Below, piece by piece: positions 1-10,136 of a stretch of DNA of 30,078 nucleotides. This stretch comes from a virus. Lineage: Duplodnaviria > Caudoviricetes. Positions within the stretch are counted from its first letter, which is position 1, and every line of letters starts with the position of its first letter. Below the pieces are notes generated by a model. It worked only from the letters and a program-made list of their open reading frames with translations. It made no database searches and was not told where the DNA came from. The translations under genes and the position numbers were made by a program. Location of the stretch: positions 1 to 30,078 of IMG/VR virus record IMGVR_UViG_3300020431_000022. One strand, given 5' to 3'.

Positions 1-1
1 C

Positions 2-379
2 CGCAAAGATGGTGGTAGCGGCGGCAATGGTGGTAACGGTGGCCATGGAGGCAGAGGTAAGGGTTATGTATGGAATGGCAACGCATGGAATGTTGCTGGA
101 CTAAACTGGGACAAAACAAATGGTCAAGGCGGTCAAGGCGGATCCGACCGTGCTGGAGGTAAAGGCGGCAATGGTGGTGCTGGCGGACAAGGAGGACAGT
201 GGGGTTATAACGGAGACGGCGGCGCGTCAGGAGGGAAGGGTGAACGAGGCGGCGGCGATGAACATGATTGCGGTTATCGCGGCGATAGATCTGGTAAAGG
301 CGGTCAAGGCGGCGGTCCTGGTGGACTTTGCGTTGGAACTTGGACTAGAAGCGGTTCTGGCGCCATATCCTTCCGTTAA
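2..379 (+). CDS. C-terminal part of a glycine-rich protein (GGxGGxGG repeats, Trp-rich loops); possible tail-fibre adhesin / receptor-binding protein; 5' partial
   Basis: Frame 2 is open from the window edge to TAA at 377-379 and reads RKDGGSGGNGGNGGHGGRGKGYVWNGNAW...GGQGGGPGGLCVGTWTRSGSGAISFR*. It is absent from the ORF track because it has no start codon in the window. Confidence 0.75.
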   Translation, partial: RKDGGSGGNGGNGGHGGRGKGYVWNGNAWNVAGLNWDKTNGQGGQGGSDRAGGKGGNGGAGGQGGQWGYNGDGGASGGKGERGGGDEHDCGYRGDRSGKGGQGGGPGGLCVGTWTRSGSGAISFR

Positions 380-1422
380 TTAACGGTAGGTTGGTTGCCT
401 CCCTTAAGTCCACTATATCCATACATGATTTCAGTATTAGTTCCTGATGCTGAAACAGTAAGTATAGTTACACCGTAAATAGTTTCTAATATTTCATCAT
501 CTTCCCAGGTGATGATTTCATCTTTAATATGTTGATCTATCCAACGGTAATTGTTACATTTATATAATGTATCAGATACAAAATTTGAGTGTGATGCAGA
601 TCTTTGTTGAAATACTTGATAGTTATCCGTAGGTTTTGTACCTGATGGAGCAAGTTTACTATAAGTAGTAGAAATTACAAAAGATGTCTCCTCATATAAT
701 CCATTTGGTCCATACTTAATTAGTATTGTAGTTTCATTATCTCCATCATCCGATAAAAAATCTCCTTCGATGAGATCAGAAACTGCAGAACAATTAGTTC
801 TTGATAAAGTGCCTTCTGGCGTTACCTTTTCTATTAATGTAGAGAATGAATTTTCGTTTTCACTCTTTTCTAGTCCAATCTCTACAGTCTGTTTCTTCCT
901 ATTAATACGCAAATAGTTTATTGTATAGTCTAGTTCGGTTAAATCATCTACATTCTTTACCGAATCTAGTGCTCTTTTGAGATCTCCAACCGATTGTCTT
1001 CCTGTAATCTCAGTAACAAGAGAACATAATGACATGATAGATGGTTCAAATAGGGGAACAGAATCTAAAGAAATATGTTCTTCCTCTGGGCAATTGAGAT
1101 CATCGGCACTGAAAAAATATCCAATAACATTAAACGAATAGTTCAATAGATTATTTTTGATGACATGACCATCCCATAGTCTATATGTTCCAGTTCCTGA
1201 TTGAGGTACAAACCAAAATCCATATAAGGTAGTCCCATCAGATTTTTTTGAAAAGTTTGCTCCAGAATCTCTCCTAGTAGATCTTTTATCAGACCAACTA
1301 TAAGCGAACAGACTCGGGTTTGCTTCAGTAATTTTCTTAACGTTATCAACGTCAGTCGATGTAATTAAGTTTGGATACTTTCCAGATTGTTGTACTCTTT
1401 CAAGTCTTTCTAATTCTACCAT
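376..1422 (-). CDS. Hypothetical protein (~348 aa)
   Basis: Long ORF. The ATG at 1422 (MVELERLE...) lies 2 nt after the stop of the upstream oxygenase gene and is preferred over the TTG at 1470. No motif recognised. Confidence 0.75.
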   Translation of the reverse strand: MVELERLERVQQSGKYPNLITSTDVDNVKKITEANPSLFAYSWSDKRSTRRDSGANFSKKSDGTTLYGFWFVPQSGTGTYRLWDGHVIKNNLLNYSFNVIGYFFSADDLNCPEEEHISLDSVPLFEPSIMSLCSLVTEITGRQSVGDLKRALDSVKNVDDLTELDYTINYLRINRKKQTVEIGLEKSENENSFSTLIEKVTPEGTLSRTNCSAVSDLIEGDFLSDDGDNETTILIKYGPNGLYEETSFVISTTYSKLAPSGTKPTDNYQVFQQRSASHSNFVSDTLYKCNNYRWIDQHIKDEIITWEDDEILETIYGVTILTVSASGTNTEIMYGYSGLKGGNQPTVN

Positions 1423-1424
1423 TT

Positions 1425-2012
1425 TTAGATTAAACTCCAATCTTGACCTTTTTCGTAACCAAACCAGCAAACTATTGAATAACGTATACCTTTAGTTACT
1501 GGTGTCACTTCATGTGGATATAAAAAATTACTTGGATATATGTGAACAGAGTTCGATTTCTTTTCCAAGTCTATTGTTTTCCAGAACCTAAGTTCTCCAC
1601 CCTCATAATCATCATTTATACCATATGAAACTGTAACTGAACCAGCATCACCGTCAAGATCTGCATGATATGTTATTCTTCCAGTCTCTGGATACTTACA
1701 TAACCAGTATCCGCTATATTTATTATAAAGATCCACCTCTTCAGGCAAAAAATCATTATAGTCTGAATATATTAGAGGAATAGTCTTTAACATCACCTTA
1801 TGGCATAAATTCCACAACTCTTCCTCATCACCAGAACGTGATAGACATACATGAGATCTACATGTTTCTGTATTTTTCATATTATAAAATTTATCTGGTT
1901 TTGGTCTATCAATCTCGCCAAAATCAAACTCATCACACAAAGTTATAAATCTTTGGTGATCTTTTTCGTTAAGAATATTATTATGTGTATGGATATAATT
2001 TTGTAATTTCAT
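1425..2012 (-). CDS. 2OG-Fe(II) oxygenase, prolyl-4-hydroxylase-like
   Basis: HxD (YHADLD), YEGGELRF, distal His and RxS (HEVTPVTKGIRYSIVCW). ATGA overlap with the upstream gene. Confidence 0.88.
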   Translation of the reverse strand: MKLQNYIHTHNNILNEKDHQRFITLCDEFDFGEIDRPKPDKFYNMKNTETCRSHVCLSRSGDEEELWNLCHKVMLKTIPLIYSDYNDFLPEEVDLYNKYSGYWLCKYPETGRITYHADLDGDAGSVTVSYGINDDYEGGELRFWKTIDLEKKSNSVHIYPSNFLYPHEVTPVTKGIRYSIVCWFGYEKGQDWSLI

Positions 2013-2770
2013 TCAGTAAAATATGATTTATCGATAAATCCAGATAAACTAACTCTGGGATTCTCAACGTACCAGTCTATTTTCATTATGGAACTGTGAA
2101 AAATATATGCTGGATATAGAATTAATCTATTGAATTTCATAGGTTCATAATGATATTCTTCCCAAGCATCATCCATTAAATCTGAGTCAAAATCTATGTA
2201 TTCATCCCGAGTATCTCTCATTTTTTCAAATTGCCATTCTTTATACTTCCAATAGTCTGAAGTTCTTTTGAATGACTTATCAACATTTTCTAGATTCATG
2301 TCTCCTGCTTCAGAATGTCTATAAAATCCAGTACCACCTTGTTGATCGTCTTCATTCAAATACAAAACAAATGCCATCATTGCTGGATCGACATGAGGTT
2401 GAATACATTTTCTTGCACACTTACAACCACCATGAATTACATTGATTTGATAATTCCAAATATGATCTTCTATTTCCTCTTCTGGAATATCAAAGTCTGT
2501 ATATAAATCAAGTAATTGTGTAACTGCTGAATCAATTTCATAAAATCTATTAGGAACCTGACCAATCCACCCAGGCATTAATGACTTGGAATCGAGAGTA
2601 TTTAATACAAGAGGAGTGGGTTCAACATATTCTGATATAAACTTATGTGGATCCAATAAAAAATCATCAACAACAATTACAGGATGATTTTTTTCTCCTA
2701 TCTGTTTGTTATTGATGATTGCATCGGGATTAACTTTAATATTTTCAGGTTCTACATAATTTAACTGCAT
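2009..2770 (-). CDS. 2OG-Fe(II) oxygenase-like protein (DUF6445-like)
   Basis: VIVVDDFLLDP, PHVD, VLYLN...GGTGFY, FNRLILYP..IFHS motifs. Confidence 0.82.
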   Translation of the reverse strand: MQLNYVEPENIKVNPDAIINNKQIGEKNHPVIVVDDFLLDPHKFISEYVEPTPLVLNTLDSKSLMPGWIGQVPNRFYEIDSAVTQLLDLYTDFDIPEEEIEDHIWNYQINVIHGGCKCARKCIQPHVDPAMMAFVLYLNEDDQQGGTGFYRHSEAGDMNLENVDKSFKRTSDYWKYKEWQFEKMRDTRDEYIDFDSDLMDDAWEEYHYEPMKFNRLILYPAYIFHSSIMKIDWYVENPRVSLSGFIDKSYFTE

Positions 2771-2790
2771 TATAAAATACCCATTTCTAA

Positions 2791-2798
2791 TATTTATT
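2791..2798 (-). promoter_or_regulatory. T4-type late promoter AATAAATA upstream of the oxygenase/hypothetical genes
   Basis: NATAAATA-type box overlapping the tail-fibre stop codon, ~20 nt upstream of the ATG at 2770. Confidence 0.55.
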
Positions 2799-5700
2799 TG
2801 AGTTTTTCAATCTCCTTTCTAAGGGAATCAATCTGACCAGATTGTTCCTTGATTGCCTCAATTAGAAGTGGGACAATTTTTTCATACTGAACAGTAATGT
2901 ACTTGTTATCAACTGGTGCAGGTTTTACTGCTTCGGGAAGAACTTTTTGAACTTCTTGTGCAGAAACACCGACATAATCAATTTCAGTATTAAATCCAAG
3001 TTTACCGGCAGTTTCATTAAAGTTATAAGTGAAACCGTTGAGTGAACAAACTTTATCAAGAGCATTAGTCAGTTGAACTCTATTAGTCTTCAGACGATCA
3101 TCAGATGAGAACGCAGTAATGTCTTGAGTTACTGAAAGATTGCCACCGTTAAATGACATTCTAGTATCTCTTGCTAATGTTTGATATCCAGTAGTATTAA
3201 CCATAACTGGATACTGAGTTCCACTAGTACCATTAGAAATGTTAATTGTATTTGCTTTATTTGCAGTACCAGTTGTATTTTGGTTTAGTGTTGGAACCAA
3301 TGATGCGTCAAGTGTTCCTCCTACAATATCATCAGCACTGATTTCAGGAACTACACTAGAAGGTAGTGTTCCTGATGTGATGTTTGATGCGTTTATGTTA
3401 GTGACCTCGGTACCATTACCAATAAAAGTACCCCTGAAATTAGGAGCATAAACTGAACTACTCTGGTAGTAGAAACTACCACTGACTTCTGTCGCAGTCT
3501 GTCCAGTATTGTATAGAATACCTTTTCCAAGATCAACATCTACTGCCTTAGTCGCATTAGAGGCAGTTCCTGTTAGATTACCAGTAACGTTACCAGTGAT
3601 TGTACTACTTACGTTGAGTGTGCCACTAAATGATCCATTACTACCACTTATAGTTCCTCCACTGAAACTATTTGCGGTAATAATATTACCTTTAAAGTTG
3701 CCAGAACCATCTCTAGAAACAATACTAGCACCAGTTTGATTGGTAGAAGATGTATTCATTCCATCAAGTAAGTCTGCATTAAAGTTGGTGACTTTAGTTG
3801 TAGATACGCACTTGAATGGTGCGTTACCAGTGGCACAAGTAGATTCAAATTGGAATGATTTTACTTTACCATTAGTACCACAATCAATATCCAGTTGAGT
3901 GATACCACCAGCAGTATATCCATTCAGATATCTGATCTTAGCATCGGCACCTTGGTCAGCACTACTATTACCAACTTCCAACTTAGGTGTTTTAATAATA
4001 CCACTGGAAGAAGGTTCCATGGTAAGTTCTTGCGATGTGATATTGTTAATCGTCGCAGAAGAACCACTATCAGTACAAGTAATTGTTGATGTTGCAGTAA
4101 TTGCCGTACAATTAATATTAAGAGTACTAGCAGTTTTTGGTTTTAATGTAGTTGCTTCAATATCATTAAATATTGCAGTTGGACCTACAATTTGTTGATC
4201 AAATTCAATTTCCCTAATTCTTGCAACAGAAGATCCACCCTGACATGTAAGATCTCCAGTCAGAGTTAGATCTGTACCAGAACCAGTAGTATAATTAAGA
4301 GTCTTAATAGTGGCACTAGATCCACCATCAGTAACAGTCAGGTTATTTGTTACCTCAAAGTTAGTTGCAATACCAGACTGAATTCTAGGAGAATTGAGGT
4401 AGGAGGTTGCAGGAGAGTGGAAGTTGGTAATAACACCAACATTGATGTATGCACTGGTAATAGCAACTCTCGAAACACCTTGATATGTTAAACCACCACC
4501 TTGTACTGGTAGTGCTACACTTCCTCCACCAGTATCATCTGGCATACCAGGACCAGTAAGACTTACAATGTTTGCATGACCATTAAGTGTAGATCCTACT
4601 CTATTACCAATTGTCAGAACTCCACCAGGTCCAGTAGTTCCAACATTGAAATCAGTAGCAAAACCAGTTTGAACTGTAAGATCTTCAGCAAAGAACTTAC
4701 CACTACCATTCAGGGGATCTTGTTCTCTTACAGAGATATTACTACAGGTAATGTCACCCTTGATTGAGTTAATACCAGTATAACCAGAAGTAACCTCACC
4801 AAGGAAATCAACTTTACAGTTTGACTTGAAAGAAACATAAGTACCAACAACTTCCATGTTGTGTAGTCTAGATGTGCCTCCCTCATGTACTTGAGTGTAG
4901 TATCCGTAAGTTTCCCACTTAACACCCTCATCTGAGAATCCACCAGAGAAATTATACGCATAGAAGTTTGCAAGTTGTCTAACAACAATGGAGTCATATG
5001 TAACACCAGAGAATGTTTGGTTAGATGCGAATGTAACGATACCAGCAACATATAGGTGATCTAGTTTAGTTACACCATTAACTTCGAGAGTATCTCTCCA
5101 TTTGAAAGTAGCATCACTAGCACCAATAGATACCTGATCTACAGTGTAGAAGTTTCTATTCTTCTCTCTGGAGATAACACCAAATCTTCTCCAATCACCT
5201 TCAGCATAAATGTGTCCAACATATCCACCATTATCTGGAATACCAATGAATGAAAGGTCACCTGCTCTCTTAGCACCTGTTGGAGTCTGAATACCAACGG
5301 TAAGCAATTTACCTTGAGGGGCATTACCTCTCAGGAAGAAATTCTTAGTTTCAATACCATCATCCGAACTATTAGCAAGTTTCTCAGTAAAGTTTACTGG
5401 ACCGTAGAACTGTGATGTTCTATTGTTATTATCACCACCCTCAACAGTAATTGATTCCCTAACAAGTAGTTCATCAAATACACCAGAAACTCTCTTAGTT
5501 CCTTCTGCCTCGGCATCATCGCCAGTATATGAGAAGATAGGTGCGCCAACAACTTCTTCTTCACCAGTAATAGACGATAGCCTCTTATATCCAGTATAGA
5601 AGTCACCACTGTCATTCATTCCAGTGTATACAACTTTACCACCATCAAGTTCTTTCTTTTGTGCGGCAAGTGTTTCTAAATCTGATAGAACTCTATCCTG

Positions 5701-8700
5701 TTTTTGTGGCAGAGATGTTGAGTAGTTACCAGATCCATAACCTAGATATTCAAATGTGTGTCCAGACGCACGGAGAATAGATGGTCTACGAAGTTCCATT
5801 GGAAGAACTTCAATCTTCTTGATAGTTGATCCAACTGGTGCTGAGGTATTAACTGTACCAAACTGACCACGAAGAACACTATTGATATTATCACTGGAGA
5901 AACGCATGATTTCTGAGCCAATGATAATATAATCTCCCTTACTAAATCCTTCTGTCGAAGTAAGAGTAAGTACAGTATCAGTAGAAGTGATTGGAGAAGC
6001 AACAGTGGTAGAAATACCAGCATAGAAATAAGATGCTCTACCTGCAAGATTATTTTCGCCAAGACCTAGAGTTTTAGAGTTTGCACTGATACCAGTACCA
6101 AATAGTCTAGTATTAATTGTGTCATATGCAGTTATGAAACCAACAGTATGAACACCAACATTGAAGTGAATACTCCTCAGTGGATTATCATTGTCAACAT
6201 CATCAACGATAAAGACATTATCATCCCAATTACCATTTCCAGTTCCTTGAATAGTAAAACAGTTACCAGCAACCAAAGTATGGTTAGCATCTGTTAGAAG
6301 TTTTACAGATCCTTCGTCTCTGTTAATAACATCAATATAAGTTACTCCAACACCAATATTTGCGTGGTGATATGTTGGGAGTCTTCTATCATCTCTGGAG
6401 ATATAATATGGTCCCAATCCTCTTGACTCGGGGATTTCCACAGAGATTGACTTGGAACTTGGAATGTCTACAATCTTGAATGTTCCATTCAGAATAGGAT
6501 CTGCAAAACCAGATAGGTGCATACCATCATAGATGTTGTCAAATATACCAGTAACTTCAACAATAGCATTAGTTGAAGGAGATCCTGCTGGGAAAGCAGA
6601 GATAGTCATAGTATTACCAATACCATAACCAGTACCACCATCAAGAACCTCTACACTGGTTATAGTACCAGCGGCAGAAATTTGTACTTTAGCTGATGCT
6701 TGTTTGCCAGTTAAAGCAACGTTTTCAAGATCTGCAGCATAAATGACAGTTGCAATACCAGAACCATTATTATATCCAGCACCAGGATTGATAATGTTTA
6801 GACTCTTAATTTGATTAAATTTATGTTCTGCACCAGTAAACATTGTGAGAGTAGTGTTACCTGTACCAGTGACAACTGCACCAGTTACAGCATAACCAAC
6901 TTTCTGTCCCTGCATGAAATATGACAGTGCTTCACGGGTCAAAGATCTTTGCCTATTATCGGAGATTACACTACCAATAACATCAGCATTGGCATGAGAA
7001 ATTGATGGTTGTGCGTCCGACTGATAGTTATCTCTGTCTTGTTGTGGATAGAGGTTTCTAATATCCTGTGAGAAGGATTTCGTGGATACACCGAAACCAA
7101 GATCCTTATCCAGAGGAATAGAACCACAAACGAGAGTTAGGTTATATACACCATCTTGTCCAGAAGTTCCAGGAATATGTGGTCTAGATTCTTGTACTCT
7201 ATACACATAGAGAGAGTCAAATGCTTTGGATCTCTCTACAATAGGTAGATCTTCAATCTGTTGTTGTGTAGTTCTCTCGTTAATTTCATTAAGGAATGCA
7301 CCAGGATCCGTAGTAATACCAGTAACGGTAAATGCCTTACTAGAAACTACATTATCAATTTTAAACTCACCATTAAATCCAACTTTATAAGTATTAAGTG
7401 GATTGTTAACGGACTCTACATTTTTAATTTTAACTAAATCACCTTCAATCAATCTGTGAGGAATTTCAGTTGTGATCGTAATAGTTGTGCCACTAAAATC
7501 AGCACTCTTAATGATCTTAACATTCTTAAGTTGAGTTGGGTTAGATAGATTAGCAGTTAGGAATGATGCACTACCAATACCAACAGTTTTAGATTCCTGT
7601 AGAACGAATCCAGGTTTTGGAGCACGAGCGTCAACATGTTCTTTAGGTAGAACATATCTAACACGATACAATCTATCAATGAGAGATCTGTTATCTACTC
7701 TACGCTTAACATATGTTGATCCAGTTTCATCACCAATAACACCAGCGCCAATAGTTTTAAGTGCTGGGAATATTTGGTTAAATGTTTCACTGGGGTGAGC
7801 GATAACGTACCACTGATTATTAATATTATCCCACTGAATTGGGTGTCCAGGATCTCCTGGTAATTTATCAGTAACTCTAGAAACTACAGTTAGTTGTCCA
7901 CCACCATTAGATAACCCAGTGAGAGGTCTACGAGCAAGAGCATCATTACTAGTAGATGCTATCTGAATTTTGTTTGTAGCAAGATTGCCACCAGCAATAG
8001 CATAGTAGATCTTATCATTAATAATACCGTTTGGAGTTTCTCCAGTATTAGAGAAGATTCTAATTTTCTCACCATTATTAAGTTGGTGATTGGTACTTAG
8101 ACTGATAACATTAGAAATAATGGCATTAACACCAGAATTTCTAATAACTTTATAGTCTTTCTCGGATTCTACACCAGTTCCAGAGGGAACCTGCATGAGA
8201 ATAGGAGTCTCATATGTTTCCTGAACTGCTTGTCCAGTAAGTGTATTAACAACACTCAAATATAACTTATCTTTTTTCTTAGCACCGATTCTATAAGAGT
8301 CAACCTGTGCAGGTGGAACAATTTCTTCAGTATTGTAACTAAACAGATATAGTCTATCAGTAATACCAACACCAACAGTTTTTGGTGTATCAAGTGTTAA
8401 CCAAGATGCCGTAGTTACTGTTCTTGGAATTTCTCTAGGTGGCAGAATGTGAGTGATGTATCCTACATCATCACGATTAAACGACTCTGGTCTAAATCCC
8501 GATGATTCTAGAGCAGTTTGTCCAAAGTTAGAGTTGGAGTTAGTAATAGAAGCATCACCACCTCTTTCTGCATGGAAGTGACGTGCATATGCAATAGCAA
8601 AGATAGAAACCAACTGAACAACAGCGTTGTTTCTTACTCTCATGTGAGAGGTTTCAAATGTTGGTTTATAGATTGCTTTTGAGTTTGAGTGTAGAGGTCT

Positions 8701-10038
8701 ATCTGAATCAGATACACTCAAATCACTATTAAAGATTGCAGTGTCGGGATTGTAGAGAATGAAAGCATCATCATCTTTCTGAATAGAAATACCCGTGAAC
8801 TGAGCACAAACCATGGACTTAAATCCAGTGGCTTTATCACCATCACAATCAAGTCCATTAAGACCATATACCGAACGTAAAGAACAGTTGAAAACATATG
8901 GAGATGCAGAACCTACAGTATCGGGTTCAATAATTACGGAAGAATTTTGAATCTCCTGGGACGTTGGCAGTGCAGTAATAGGTACACTGGGAGCGAGATA
9001 TGTGAACTCAGTATCGCTGATAACTTCTTCAACTAGGAAGGATCCGTTGTATGAATTGACAGATGTTGTGATACCAGCAATAAGAACAGGAGTATCCTTG
9101 AATAGTCCATGTGCCTTTGTCGTGTCTACAGTGATAATATTATTAGGAGTATTACCGTCACCAGACTTAATCGAAGTAATACCAACTGGGTCAGCAGCAA
9201 GGTCACCAACAATTCTAAATTCGTCTACACTTGGTTCAAAATCATCGAATGTGGGGTAATCTGGAACAGGTCTACCAGAAGCATCACCATAAGCTTTTGC
9301 TACCTTAAAGTAGAACATGTCCAGGTCAGTTAGACCAGAATCAGATCCATTAATTATTACGTTATTTACACCATCGGCATAGGTAAACGCAGCTAGTTTA
9401 TGGTGAGAGTATGTAGGAACCTTTGTGTTACTATCATAATCATAATATGCAGTTCTAGAAATATCCGCATCAAAGATCGTGAAAGCGGTAAAGTAACAAG
9501 TACCAGTAACACGAAGAATACCACCATATAGTTGATTGTCATCTAATGGATCAGGTACATACAGTGGTCTTAGTTTAGTTTTGCGAAGATCCAATCCAAT
9601 GATAGAAGTACCACGAGGTAGAATTGCTCCGCCTTCAGTGGAGTTATACTTATAAAGTTCATTATTGGGATCTAGAATATCAAAGTTAGTTTCTGAAGTA
9701 AACTGAGTGATATCAGCAGGTTGCCATCCTGCATTTTTCCTAATCTTGAATTCAGCAGCTCCAAGATTACTCGTTACAGTATATCCTGGTCTGTTATCAA
9801 TGTAGTGAATGCCAGGGAAAACCAGAATGGTCGTTCTATCAATTTTATCATTATTTTTGCCTGTTTGATAAGAAAATCTAGCAGCTTCAATTAGAGCTCT
9901 TTGAATAGTTTTGAATGGTCTCGTCTGCGAGTTACCACGGTTTTCAATACTATCAGTAGCATCAAAGTCGCTTGGATTTACATATAAAATATTACCTTCA
10001 GCGTTCTTTAGAAAATTTTCTAATCTTGATAGAGGCAT
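2794..10038 (-). CDS. Large tail fibre / virion structural protein with C-terminal intramolecular chaperone (peptidase S74)
   Basis: 2414 aa. Cyanophage-type N-terminus MPLSRLENFLKNAEGNILYVNPSD...PFKTIQRAL, Thr/Gly/Ser-rich beta-repeats, C-terminal SDDRLKTN...GVSAQEVQKVLPEAV...YEKIVPLLIEAIKE coiled-coil. Confidence 0.9.
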   Translation of the reverse strand: MPLSRLENFLKNAEGNILYVNPSDFDATDSIENRGNSQTRPFKTIQRALIEAARFSYQTGKNNDKIDRTTILVFPGIHYIDNRPGYTVTSNLGAAEFKIRKNAGWQPADITQFTSETNFDILDPNNELYKYNSTEGGAILPRGTSIIGLDLRKTKLRPLYVPDPLDDNQLYGGILRVTGTCYFTAFTIFDADISRTAYYDYDSNTKVPTYSHHKLAAFTYADGVNNVIINGSDSGLTDLDMFYFKVAKAYGDASGRPVPDYPTFDDFEPSVDEFRIVGDLAADPVGITSIKSGDGNTPNNIITVDTTKAHGLFKDTPVLIAGITTSVNSYNGSFLVEEVISDTEFTYLAPSVPITALPTSQEIQNSSVIIEPDTVGSASPYVFNCSLRSVYGLNGLDCDGDKATGFKSMVCAQFTGISIQKDDDAFILYNPDTAIFNSDLSVSDSDRPLHSNSKAIYKPTFETSHMRVRNNAVVQLVSIFAIAYARHFHAERGGDASITNSNSNFGQTALESSGFRPESFNRDDVGYITHILPPREIPRTVTTASWLTLDTPKTVGVGITDRLYLFSYNTEEIVPPAQVDSYRIGAKKKDKLYLSVVNTLTGQAVQETYETPILMQVPSGTGVESEKDYKVIRNSGVNAIISNVISLSTNHQLNNGEKIRIFSNTGETPNGIINDKIYYAIAGGNLATNKIQIASTSNDALARRPLTGLSNGGGQLTVVSRVTDKLPGDPGHPIQWDNINNQWYVIAHPSETFNQIFPALKTIGAGVIGDETGSTYVKRRVDNRSLIDRLYRVRYVLPKEHVDARAPKPGFVLQESKTVGIGSASFLTANLSNPTQLKNVKIIKSADFSGTTITITTEIPHRLIEGDLVKIKNVESVNNPLNTYKVGFNGEFKIDNVVSSKAFTVTGITTDPGAFLNEINERTTQQQIEDLPIVERSKAFDSLYVYRVQESRPHIPGTSGQDGVYNLTLVCGSIPLDKDLGFGVSTKSFSQDIRNLYPQQDRDNYQSDAQPSISHANADVIGSVISDNRQRSLTREALSYFMQGQKVGYAVTGAVVTGTGNTTLTMFTGAEHKFNQIKSLNIINPGAGYNNGSGIATVIYAADLENVALTGKQASAKVQISAAGTITSVEVLDGGTGYGIGNTMTISAFPAGSPSTNAIVEVTGIFDNIYDGMHLSGFADPILNGTFKIVDIPSSKSISVEIPESRGLGPYYISRDDRRLPTYHHANIGVGVTYIDVINRDEGSVKLLTDANHTLVAGNCFTIQGTGNGNWDDNVFIVDDVDNDNPLRSIHFNVGVHTVGFITAYDTINTRLFGTGISANSKTLGLGENNLAGRASYFYAGISTTVASPITSTDTVLTLTSTEGFSKGDYIIIGSEIMRFSSDNINSVLRGQFGTVNTSAPVGSTIKKIEVLPMELRRPSILRASGHTFEYLGYGSGNYSTSLPQKQDRVLSDLETLAAQKKELDGGKVVYTGMNDSGDFYTGYKRLSSITGEEEVVGAPIFSYTGDDAEAEGTKRVSGVFDELLVRESITVEGGDNNNRTSQFYGPVNFTEKLANSSDDGIETKNFFLRGNAPQGKLLTVGIQTPTGAKRAGDLSFIGIPDNGGYVGHIYAEGDWRRFGVISREKNRNFYTVDQVSIGASDATFKWRDTLEVNGVTKLDHLYVAGIVTFASNQTFSGVTYDSIVVRQLANFYAYNFSGGFSDEGVKWETYGYYTQVHEGGTSRLHNMEVVGTYVSFKSNCKVDFLGEVTSGYTGINSIKGDITCSNISVREQDPLNGSGKFFAEDLTVQTGFATDFNVGTTGPGGVLTIGNRVGSTLNGHANIVSLTGPGMPDDTGGGSVALPVQGGGLTYQGVSRVAITSAYINVGVITNFHSPATSYLNSPRIQSGIATNFEVTNNLTVTDGGSSATIKTLNYTTGSGTDLTLTGDLTCQGGSSVARIREIEFDQQIVGPTAIFNDIEATTLKPKTASTLNINCTAITATSTITCTDSGSSATINNITSQELTMEPSSSGIIKTPKLEVGNSSADQGADAKIRYLNGYTAGGITQLDIDCGTNGKVKSFQFESTCATGNAPFKCVSTTKVTNFNADLLDGMNTSSTNQTGASIVSRDGSGNFKGNIITANSFSGGTISGSNGSFSGTLNVSSTITGNVTGNLTGTASNATKAVDVDLGKGILYNTGQTATEVSGSFYYQSSSVYAPNFRGTFIGNGTEVTNINASNITSGTLPSSVVPEISADDIVGGTLDASLVPTLNQNTTGTANKANTINISNGTSGTQYPVMVNTTGYQTLARDTRMSFNGGNLSVTQDITAFSSDDRLKTNRVQLTNALDKVCSLNGFTYNFNETAGKLGFNTEIDYVGVSAQEVQKVLPEAVKPAPVDNKYITVQYEKIVPLLIEAIKEQSGQIDSLRKEIEKLK

Positions 10039-10068
10039 TTTATCTGCTCAATATATTATTCCTTTTTG

Positions 10069-10076
10069 TATTTAGA
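10069..10076 (-). promoter_or_regulatory. Late promoter TCTAAATA for the tail fibre gene
   Basis: Cyanophage-type variant of the TATAAATA late box, 30 nt upstream of the ATG at 10038 and just downstream of a terminator. Confidence 0.6.
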
Positions 10077-10081
10077 CAATG

Positions 10082-10114
10082 AAAAAACCCCTCCAATCCT
10101 AAGATCAGAGAGGT
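10082..10114 (-). terminator. Rho-independent terminator
   Basis: Minus strand ACCTCTCTGATC-TTAG-GATTGGAGGGGT-TTTTT: 12-bp stem (three G-U pairs, which only pair on -) followed by a U tract. Confidence 0.8.
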
Positions 10115-10130
10115 CGCACTTCCTTCACAC
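10082..10130 (-). ncRNA. Putative ~50-nt small RNA (GUGUGAAGGAAGUGCG + terminator hairpin)
   Basis: Strong sigma70-like promoter directly followed by ~16 nt and a terminator, with no credible ORF between them. Confidence 0.5.
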
Positions 10131-10136
10131 ATGCTA

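Noticed and set aside
120-383. 87-aa Ala/Val-rich ORF in the track
   Set aside because: Frame-shifted shadow of the Gly-rich frame 2..379; GGN codons read out of frame give Val/Ala.
1423-1470. N-terminal extension of the 364-aa ORF from TTG 1470
   Set aside because: Overlaps the oxygenase gene; ATG 1422 just after its stop is more plausible.
3239-9333. Multiple short antisense or alternate-frame ORFs inside the tail fibre gene
   Set aside because: Expected shadows of codon bias in a long gene; no RBS or motifs.
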